Assembly (NCBI RefSeq): GCF_006345805.1
Contig: NC_043009.1
Location: 48,670,001-48,734,000 of the forward strand
Length of the DNA: 64,000 bases
Source: Octopus sinensis
Lineage: Eukaryota
Direction of reading: 5' to 3'
A program made the translations under genes and the position numbers. Positions 53,681-64,000 of this stretch are shown one piece after another. Within the stretch, counting starts at the first letter, position 1, and the number at the start of each line of letters is the position of its first letter. A model generated the notes under the pieces. That model was not told where the DNA came from, made no database searches, and saw nothing but the letters and a program-made list of their open reading frames with translations.

Positions 53681-53984
53681 TTGATATGAAAATTGCTTGC
53701 TAATGAGCTGTAAAGCGAAAATTACACTGTAGCCCAGGTTGAATATATTAAACAATAGATATCCACGTAATTTTATAATGATTCAACACATTTCAATTGA
53801 GCATAAATATCGACAACTTAAGATATAAGATAACCGTAACAAAAGAGAGATCTAGGTTGTACGGAAGCATATAACCTCACGTTACTGTTTTTATATTAAC
53901 AAAAATGAGGCAAATATAAGCATTTGTGGTTTTTCCAAATGCATGTAGACCAAATACTTCATTGGCTTCACGTACCAAGCAAAA

Positions 53985-54033
<49 letters not shown>

Positions 54034-54095
54034 CACAGGTGTAGATATTCATACACATACATATACATACGTATGTATCTATGTATGTTTATAAA

Positions 54096-54142
<47 letters not shown>

Positions 54143-55499
54143 GGAGAGAGAGAGAGAGAGAGATAGAGAGAGAAAGAGGGAAGAGAGGTGTGTGTGTGTG
54201 TATGCAAACAATAGAGTTAAGCAAAACAAGAAAAGTAGAAAAAAGAAAGAGGAGTAAAGAGAGTGAAATAACGGAATAAAAGACGGGACAATTTAGAAAA
54301 GAGAAACAAACGGGGAATGAAATTACAAAGAAACAGACACAGAAAAGACTACTATCTTCGAGTGAAATTGCTCCAGTGTAAAAAGCAGTAATATATATCT
54401 AATGCAATACAGGTAGAGTTCTGAGGCTTAGATCAAAGCTGGGAGTCCAGAGGTGAAATCCCGGAGACGTTCCTATAAATATTCATTATGTAATGTGAGA
54501 AAGAAAGAAAGTGTTTAAAAAACAGCACAAAACCATCGCGGATAAAGCAATGTACGATAAGACTATGTATAGTAAACCTAGAATATCAGTTATATTTCCA
54601 ATTAGTTTGTAATTAGAACCTCAGCGACACACAACTATGTTTCAAAGATTGCAATTTGAATTTATTGCGTGCTAACAAGAGGAAAAGAAATTCTATTAAT
54701 GTTGGTACTTACCACTGAAGTTAACATTTTCGGATTGTCAGTCACTCATATATATTGCATAGAATACTAACTGAAACCGCTTTTAAAACATATCATACAC
54801 AACATTCTCATTCGTTCAAATATCGAATCAAGATCAATTCTTCCTCATTATCGAAATATACTTGGTCTAAAATACAGAGGTGAAAGCAATCCCATAATAC
54901 AATGGAATATAACTTCAAAGGGGAAACTATACAATTGTCGCTGTAATAATTGCAATTTATGCATGTATATTCTTACATGGCTATTAGATTACCTTATTAT
55001 TACGGCTCAGTATAATTCATAGAACACTATTACTACAACATAAAGATATATTTACAGATATTCAGAATACACACATACATGCATTCATATACGAAAATGT
55101 GTATGTTGTGTGCATATGAATACATATATATATATATGTGCGTGTGTGTGTGTGTATAATACTTATATATATATATATATATATATATATACGTATGTGT
55201 GCTAGTGCATCACTATGAATGAATATAAACATAACGAAAATAATAATAGTATGAAAAATACAGAAACACGTGTGACCTATTTTTATTTTACGCCTCTTTA
55301 CAAACTGGGGAAGCACTTGTAAAACCTGCAGCAGACATATTTATTGAACTTTGTTTCGTCTTCACTGAATATATTTGCATGAAGGCTTTCAATACGTTAG
55401 AATCTTTCCTATTGTGTTTGAAGAAAGAACATCAACAAGTGTATAAATATAACACCATTTAACGTGTGGTGTAGAGCGGTGGTGAAGTGAAATGTAAGG

Positions 55500-55508
55500 A
55501 TCGACGAA

Positions 55509-55556
<48 letters not shown>

Positions 55557-55572
55557 AGTATTATCATCATCA

Positions 55573-55612
<40 letters not shown>

Positions 55613-55692
55613 GATCATCATCATTATTATTATTATTATTGTTATTATTATTATCATTATTATCATCATTATTATTATTATTGTTATTATTA

Positions 55693-55729
<37 letters not shown>

Positions 55730-55982
55730 CATTATTATTATTATTATTTTATTATTATTATTACTGTTGTTGTTGTTACTATCATCATCATCTTCATCAG
55801 CAGCAGCAGCAACAGCATAACCACCATCATCAGCGGTATCATCATCAACATCGTTACTATTTAGGCTGTTGTTATTATTGTTGCTGTTGTTGTTGTTGTT
55901 GGCGGTTGTGATAGTGGTTGTGGTGGTCGTGTTGTTTATGCTATTATTTTTATTATCATCATTGTCATTATCTTTCAATAGG

Positions 55983-56050
<68 letters not shown>

Positions 56051-56668
56051 ATACATACATACATACACACACACATGCATATTAGATCTTTTATATTTTT
56101 CATATGGAATGGGGTTTTTTTTCCTCAGAAATATATATATACATACATGTGTCTTACGTTTGTGTCTGTGTGTCTGTGTCTGTGTGTCTGTGTCTCTGTG
56201 TCTCTGTGTAGACATATAGTTATTGTGATTCTGTTTTGTAGTCATGTTTCCTATTTTTACTTTTATTTTTACGTTTATTCTTTAAATTTATTTTTCAGGC
56301 ACAGAAGCTTTTCAAATAGGTTTTCCTTTCAATTAAATGATACGTCTCTGTTTTTTCTAACCACCACCGCCGCCACCACCACCACCACCACAACAACAAC
56401 AACAAAAACAACAACAACAACAACAACAACAACACCAACAATATCTAGTACTGCTACTACTGCTGCTACTGCTACTGCGGCTGCTGCTGCTTTACTGTGG
56501 GGATATTGTCATGTGCATCCTACTAATCCTACTACTGCTGCTACTGCTGCTGCTGCTACTGCTACTAATGATGAAGTTGACGATGATGATGACGATTATG
56601 ATGACGACGGTGAAGATGAAGATGACGACGAAGATGACGATGACGACGACGACGATGATGATGATGAA

Positions 56669-56728
<60 letters not shown>

Positions 56729-57062
56729 AATGATGATGATGATAAAGATGATGACGATAAAGATGATGATGATGATGATGATGATGATGGTTTTATTTCT
56801 TTTAGTACTACTAAGATGCCTTTATGTGGTCACTGCACTAGCGAAAAATAGAAGTCAAAACTGCATTATGCCAGATCTTACTATCTTGCAAGCGGACCTG
56901 TTCGATATTGGTAATTCAGAGGTATATTATTCCTCGAATATAATAAGTGATGTGAATGGTTTGATTGCCTTTGAAGTTTTTTAACGTATGATCGAGCAGT
57001 GCGCCGCCGACTTGGCGCTACTAAACACCAAGTACTACTACTACTACAAACACTACCACTAT

Positions 57063-57111
<49 letters not shown>

Positions 57112-57198
57112 GTGCTGCTGCTGCTGCTACTACTACTACTACTACTGCTGCTGCTGCCGCTACTACTATTACTGCTGCTGCTGCTGCCACTACTACTA

Positions 57199-57297
<99 letters not shown>

Positions 57298-57300
57298 ATG
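55500..57300. repeat. Trinucleotide microsatellite field: (TTA), (CAA), (CTA/CTG), (GAT), (TAC/TGC)
   Basis: Direct reading. Short unique islands at ~56790-57030. Confidence 0.9.
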
Positions 57301-57608
57301 CCGTTTTATTATATGCATCACCATCGAGCACAACAACTGGAAGCCGCCTCACCGGAGTAGCGCTCATTGCAAGAAATATCGTATCGAATTACATTGGAAT
57401 ACGTGTTTCTTAACTATGTACCATGCAAGAAAAATGGTATGTCCGCAAATCCTTCACGTCGAAAGCAAGAGATACCGTCAAGTGTTCCTGCAAGATCCTC
57501 CTACCAATGTATATTGGGAATAGTTCCTCCAAGAAACCTCCAAAGTACCACAGTAGTGTGGCCACTTGTCAAAGAGACCAAGGAGAATAGACCCGTATAC
57601 CTTAATGG

Positions 57609-57839
57609 GGCGGCGAGCTGGCAGAAACGTTAGCACGCCGGGCGAAATGCTCAGCGGTATTTCGTCTGCCGTTACGTTGTGAGTTCAAATTCCGCCGAGG
57701 TCGACTTTGCCTTTCATCCTTTCGGGGTCGATAAATAAAGTACCAGTTACGCACTGGGGTCGATGTAATCGACTTAATACCTATGTCTGTCCTTGTTTGT
57801 CCCCTCTGTGTTTAGCCCCTTGTGGGTAGTAAATAAATA
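57609..57839 (+). mobile_element. Family-A SINE, full length, close to consensus
   Basis: GGCGGCGAGCTGGCAGAAACGTTAGCACGCCGGGCG..GAGTTCAAATTCC..GCCTTTCATCCTTTCGGGGTCGATAAA. Confidence 0.93.
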
Positions 57840-58106
57840 GGTATTTCTAACTGAAAGGCAAAAACTAGTTTCTCCGAGATTTGAACTCAGAACGCAAAAT
57901 ATCAGGAAAATATTCTATGCCTAAACAATTCTACCAGTCGATCATTCTTCTATATCTATAGTTAGTTTTAATTGCCTTTTAAACATTAATATCGTTTATC
58001 CTTGAGTATGTTACAATACGTGAGCTGCTTTCGGTTCTCATTTGAAGTTGCTTCACAAAATGTAGTTCAATAATATCATTCGAAATATCGGGACAACCAA
58101 ATAATT

Positions 58107-58554
58107 CAGTTCTACATTTAAGAGATGAGGAATTATGTACATTATTTACAATATTTACATTTAACGGATATTTGTCCTCATCTTCAATGGAGACATATAG
58201 AGAAACTCCATCAAAAACTAGCTCGTCTTTCAAACCATCTAACTTTCCTGTGAAGATGAAGAGACTCAAAGCTAATGGCACCTGGCTTGAAGGATAGAAA
58301 ATATCAAATTTATAAGCCCTAAAATCCACTCTATAATTAGCCACGGGCATGTAGCGTAGTGGTTAAGAGCGCAGGCTACTAACCCCAAAATTTCAGGTTC
58401 GATTCCAGGCAGTGACCTGAATAATAATGATAATAGTAATATTAATAATAACATAGAAATTTCCCCAAGACACTTCATGAAGGCTGAAGGGTATATCAGC
58501 CGAAACGTTGTGTTAACAAGATGAAGACAAATATCCGTCAAATGTAAATAATGA
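58107..58554 (+). mobile_element. Second copy of the tRNA/hammerhead Penelope-like element (internally deleted)
   Basis: Inverted terminus 58107-58184. ORF N-terminal fragment QWRHIEKLHQKLARLSNHLTFL*R*RDSKLMAPGL. Then GGATAGAAAATAT..CACTCTATAATT, the tRNA-like cassette, (AAT)n, the hammerhead-like motif and the terminus, all shared with 19290-19605. Confidence 0.88.
58345..58420 (+). promoter_or_regulatory. tRNA-like Pol III cassette with consensus A and B boxes
   Basis: A box TAGCGTAGTGG (58352-62); B box GGTTCGATTCC (58396-406); loop CTACTAA. Confidence 0.75.
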
Positions 58555-59289
58555 ACCAAGTAACTTTTATTAAATTCTCCGTTCCCTACAATATATTGGA
58601 GTTTGTAGCAAATAGTTATAAGCCATTACTTAATGAAGGAGCTTCTCCGTGATAACTCGAATTTATATAATTTAGCAGCAAAAGCTCGCACAACCAAGCG
58701 AGTAAGCATAGAGTGCACTGATGACTGTATCTTTTGATTTAGAATAATACGATAACGTTCTGATCACAGGTTTTCCTTTAGCAGAATTCCCTTGGATCTG
58801 TAAAACAATAACGACAGTACCAGATATAAAGGCTGCTGTAGTTACCTGACATGCAATATCTATATCGCGTAAGAAATATGAAATGTGAGTCTCAGTTATG
58901 TATGACATAGCTCAGATCAATGGATCCGTGACTTGCCCATAAATGGGCAAAGGAAATGCTGATAATGGTTTAAAGGTAAACAATAAGAAGAGAAGTAGCA
59001 ACAGCAAGAAGGAGAACGCCAGCAATAGCAGCAGCAGCTTCAACAAGAATGGTCGTGACGTTCGTATCATAAGATGATATATTCAACCAGTAAATCGCTT
59101 TACGTACTTAAGTTCTTCGTCCCTTATGAAGCATAACCAACTTACAGTCGTTCTCCTGTATTCTCGACTCAGAACTGTCATTAAGGCGTAGCATATCTAT
59201 CTGTGAGGGAAGACCCTCCTCTCCTAGATTTTATTGCTTTTAAGTGTCATTAATGCTTCTGTAACTTTGGTTGTTCTACGTACGGACGT

Positions 59290-59545
59290 TGTCCCTACGT
59301 AAGCTCAATTTTACCTCTGAAGAAAGGCAGTCCACATCAGGCTGGCATATTTTCTTTGACCTCTCCAGCGTGAGGGTTCCCACCAGTTTGCTCTTCACTG
59401 GCATAGTTCTCAGTCACTGAGGCATACAAACCACTCCAGCGTATCGAGGACTGGATCTTGTAGTGGTAGCTGTTCACTAAAACACCGCAAAACGGTTTCG
59501 ATTCTAGTTTGAATCCAATTTATCTCACTATTGTCAGTAAATGTC
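59290..59545 (-). pseudogene. Very degenerate RTE-clade LINE 3' relic
   Basis: Frames EINWIQTRIETVL and SIRWSG resemble I.WQD.I.N.EVL and LRWAGH. Confidence 0.4.
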
Positions 59546-60299
59546 TCTGGAGAAAAAAAATCGTAAACGAGACAACACACTTTAATTCGCTGTTGTTTAA
59601 ATTACTATAACTTTCAGCCTTGTAAAAATATATATATATAAATAATAAAGAAGCAAACGAAAATGAAACGATACATTACATTACTCTATATTGCCAGTAA
59701 ACTGGTTCGATCCTTACTTGAAATCAATTCACTTATACGTCGTACTAATGTTCTTGAGGAAAACCAGATATGTCACAGATTGTAACTACTCATTTGTCTG
59801 TATATCAATGAACTTGTGTCGCAGAAGTAATCGATATTAGGCCCTCCTACCCCTCTATAAATATATTATACACACTTACCTACACATATCTGCGCATATG
59901 CCCATATATATATATATATATATAAACATACATAATACATATGTATATATATACATATATATTCATACTTACAAACATACATTCACATTCAGACATACAC
60001 ACATTCACACATCTATATAGATATAGATGTATCTACGTCTATGTAGTAACAGGCATACATACGGTGTATAGATTGAAATTGAAAAGAAATCGATATCGAC
60101 ATCATTGATAATCAAAATATGTTTTGTTTTCTTCCTTTGTTATTCAGTTTCAAATATTCACTTTCGTTACTTTAGGGGATTTCCTCGTATAAAACCATCG
60201 ATAGATACATGATAAATACAATACGGAAGAAGATAAAAAATGAGAAAACATATTTTATAATATGTATAAAATATATAAATGAAAATTGTAGTACAGTAA

Positions 60300-61260
60300 T
60301 ACAGTCTCTCTCTTTCTCTCTTTCTCTTTCAATTTCCTTCTCTCTCGTCGTGTGTCACTCCCAGTCTTTCTTTTCAATAAAAAGTGAGAACAAATATTTT
60401 GCCATATATATAAAAGAGAAATCTCTCTCTCTCTCTTTCTTTGTTTGTTTTCTCCAGTCTTTCCTTCTCTTTTTCTCTCTCTTGAAAAATAAAGAGCGAG
60501 AGAAAGAGAGGAGAGAGAGAAATATTTCCTAATATCTATGAAAGTAGAAACATAATGTTACTCTTTTTTCTCTACTCCTCTCTCTTTTTCTCTCTGCTCC
60601 TATCTCTCTTTCTCTCTGCTCCTATCTCTCTTTCTGCTCCTCTCTCTCATCCTCCTCTCTCTCTGCACTTCTGTCGCTCTGTCTTTACTCACCCCTCTCT
60701 TTCTCTCTCTGTGTCTTCCGCAGTCTTTCTTTCCTTCAAAATAAAACAGAATCAGCTATTTATTTTATTATATACAAATACAATCTCCTCCTGCTTTCAC
60801 TCTCTCTCTCTTTTCTCTCTCTCTTTTTTTCTTTCTCTCTCTCTCTCTCCCTGTCTTCTTCAGCCATTCCCTCTTTAGTCATCTCTCTACAAAAACAAAG
60901 ACAGAAAGAGAAAGAAAGGCAGAGAAAGAAATATTTTACAATATATATACATGAGAAAGAAATACAATGTTTCTCTGCATTACTTTATCTACCTGTCTCG
61001 TTTCCTCCCTTTATTTATCTCAGATCCTGCTTATGATTCTGCATTCACCTCTCATCTCTCTCTTCCTCGTTCTTTTTTCTCTCTCTCTTTCTCTTTCTCT
61101 CCCCTTCTCTATATTTCTGTAACTCTTGCTGTTCACCTCCCTGTAACTTTCTTCATGTTCTTGTCCAACTATATCTTCTCCCTCTCTCCCCCTTTATCTG
61201 CCCGACTCCTCTTTCTTTATTTATTTCCTTCTTTCTTTCTTTCTTTTTCTTTCATTTCTA
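60300..61260. repeat. ~1-kb pyrimidine-rich (CT/CTT) low-complexity tract
   Basis: Direct reading. Confidence 0.85.
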
Positions 61261-61336
61261 CTCCAAGGCAGCTTGCTAATGAGCGAAATTATGATATCGT
61301 ACGTTGTGCTTGCGCGTGTGTGGTTGTGTTTGTCTT

Positions 61337-61391
<55 letters not shown>

Positions 61392-61759
61392 GAACGCATG
61401 TGCGATGGGGGTAGATGAACAATCAGTTAGATAGACACTGACACGTAAAGACTCGCATATATGTCACAGTCCATATATTGATCTCAGTACGTGACTGGTA
61501 TTCGCTTTAACAAACACTGAATCATAAATGACAACCAAATGATGTAAGATTCAAAATCAGATAGTATATAGACGTGGCTTATGGCTGCAAATCATTTTAC
61601 TCAGATTTCAAATTCTATTATTCCATAGACTTCAAAACCACCCTAATGATGGCGGTATGATTCTTGCAGAATCCCTTTAAGAATTGTGATGTGATTCTTT
61701 ATTTCAAAATACTGAGGTAAAAATCTTCGAAAAATCTATACCATGTAATCTATTATTGG

Positions 61760-62800
61760 TTTCAAATTTTGGCACAAGGCCAGCAATTTCTGAAAAGGGA
61801 TTAAGTGGGTTACATCAACCTTAGTGTTCAATCCATATTTATTTTATCGACCCCGTAAGAATGAAACGCAAAGTTAACCTCGGTGGAATTTGAACTCAGA
61901 ACGTGAAGACGGACGAAATAACGCAAAGAATTCTGCCCGGCATGCTAACGATTCTGTCAGCTCATCGTCCCAATGGAATTTATTATTGGTTCAATATATT
62001 CTATCTCCAATTATTGCTAAAATGAATGAATTGTAAATGAAGTCAATAAACCACATATTTCTGATATATTTTGAAATTTTTATGTATTTATTTATCTCAT
62101 TGTTAAACTATTCTGCCAATATTAATTTTTTGTAAGGCGGCGAGCGGGCAGAACCATTAGCATGCCGGACAAAATGATAAGCAGCATTTCGTCTGTCTTT
62201 ATTTTCTGAGTTCAAAATCCACTGAAATTGACTTTTTATCTTTCATCATTTCAGAGTCGATAAATTAAGTACTAGGGGTCGATGTCATCGACTTGCTCAT
62301 CTCCACCGAAATTTCAAGACTTGTGCAAAAATTTGAACCAATATAAATTCTTTGTCATATCAATAGTTCCTAATAAAGATATAATAAGTGATATTCAGGG
62401 TAAGTGGGTGGATTAGATAAGATTTACCCCCACCCACATAAGATTGAGTGGAGTTTATTTTTATCAAATGCGATGGCATGAAAAGCTTTGGTGAGAGCTG
62501 AACTCAGGACGTAAGGAACCAGAACAAATAACGAAAATAAGTTTTTCAGACGCTGTAACGATTCTGCCATCACGACGCCTTGTTACGACCGTCAATCTTT
62601 TCTACAACAGGCACAAGACCTGAAATTTTAATTTTGGGGAGGCGAAGGTTGGGGATGGATGGGGGTTGTCAATTGCTTCAGGACTCCAGTCTTTGATTGG
62701 TACATATTTCATCGTGCTCCCACGCCCCGCCCGAAAGGATGATAACCAAAGTCGACCTCAGCGGAAATTGAACTCAGAACATAAAGACAGACGAAATACC
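61760..62800. mobile_element. Cluster of degenerate family-A SINEs in alternating orientation
   Basis: (-) 61760-61970, (+) 62135-62340, (-) ~62400-62580, (-) ~62600-62800, each with GAACTCAG(A/G)AC or GAGTTCAAA and GTCGAT motifs. Confidence 0.7.
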
Positions 62801-63691
62801 ACGAATATATGTTTGCGTGTGTGTGTGTATGGATCTCTGTCTGTCTGTCTCTGTCTCTCTGTCTCTATCTGTCTGTCCGTCTCTCTGCCTTTCTTCCTCT
62901 CTCTATATATATATATACATACAATAATTCCCACGGTGGTGCTCCAGTATGACCGCAGCTACATGACTGAAAAGAGTAAAAGAATAAAAGAATATATACT
63001 CACACATACGCATACACACCATATATCTATACATGTATATATGTGTGTGTGTTCGTATGTGTGTATGTATATATATATATGTTTGCGTCTGTATGCATGT
63101 TATGTATTCATATAAGTATATATTAACATTTGCTATATATATATATATATACCCACTAGGAAAACCGATGGCAAATGACGAAAATGTTTTATGGATACTT
63201 GCCTGTATAATACATTAACCTACATTCTGAATTCCGATAATCTGTGTTTAATGTAAACCTCGTATTGCTAACGTTCGCACTAATCGCCGACTGGTCACCA
63301 CTAGTGATCGACTTCCAACAAAGCATACGTGAAACCAACATAAGCAAAATTCTCAATCCTCCTCCGTTCTCCTCCTTAAATTTAGATAAAAAGAGAAACA
63401 AAAATATGGAAGAAAACAACACTTAACCGTTAGTACAAATGAAATATCATATCCTCCTTCCCATAGTCAAAAAACAGGGAATAATTTCAATTGGATGTAT
63501 AATAAATGGTGCGAAAAATTGGGCGTGAAAAATGAAGCGATCCAAGAAACAAATGAACCAGTTTATGGTAAACATGGAGATATCTCTAGTGACACAAACG
63601 AAAGAAGAAGGAAAACAATGAAAAAAAAAAGAAACAAAAAACACTTCAACGGAACAGAAATATATCTAAATAATTCAGGCATTCTAAATAA

Positions 63692-63737
<46 letters not shown>

Positions 63738-64000
63738 GCATATATATATATATTTGTTTTATTATTTTTATCTCTTTTATTAGTTTCACAACTATGTTTC
63801 GTCTCCGAGGAGAGACTACCACAACTGTACACATATAATTTTCAGAGACATAATGACTCGATCGAGGAAGTTTATACCGAGATAATCCTCTCACGGTTGG
63901 AAACATGTGTGTTTCAATTTTTCTCCTATTTGAATTTAAATACACCATCTGACCTAACTGTATCATTTTAAAAAAAAATTTTATAAAACACTACTTCTCA

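Noticed and set aside
58345-58420. Functional tRNA-Ser(ACT) gene
   Set aside because: No acceptor-stem pairing or long variable arm, no T-run terminator, and embedded in a PLE in both copies. Kept only as a tRNA-like promoter cassette.
63790-63822. Possible hammerhead on - (GTCTC-CTCG-GAGAC-GAAAC)
   Set aside because: The CUGANGA core is absent (GTGGTA), leaving only a 5-bp hairpin next to GAAAC.

Overview
AT-rich animal genomic DNA made almost entirely of transposon relics and simple repeats. The tRNA-derived SINE families resemble those I recall from Octopus, so the source is probably an octopod cephalopod (inference, no database check). I cannot support any host protein-coding gene. Nearly all listed ORFs are translations of microsatellites ((TA)n, (CA)n, (AAT)n, (GAT)n, (CAC)n) or of transposon remnants. 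Supportable features: four short interspersed repeat families (A, B and C with tRNA-like heads; E seen only as tails); a full-length dead mariner and two mariner-type deletion derivatives; a pogo/Tigger-like MITE; a hAT MITE with a nested non-autonomous Helitron; a second Helitron; LINE relics (RTE clade, R4/Dong clade, an APE endonuclease fragment); and several Penelope-like element (PLE) fragments. The most notable signal is a PLE family present twice (18.6-19.6 kb and 58.1-58.55 kb). Its 3' region carries an internal tRNA-like Pol III A/B-box cassette, an (AAT)n spacer and a minimal hammerhead-ribozyme motif, and each insertion begins with an inverted copy of its own terminus. Other unusual structures: a 131-bp near-perfect palindrome, a 124-bp minisatellite built inside a SINE, a ~100-bp higher-order microsatellite array and an element found twice embedded in (TAA)n. 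Coordinates were read by eye; ends of degenerate repeats are approximate.
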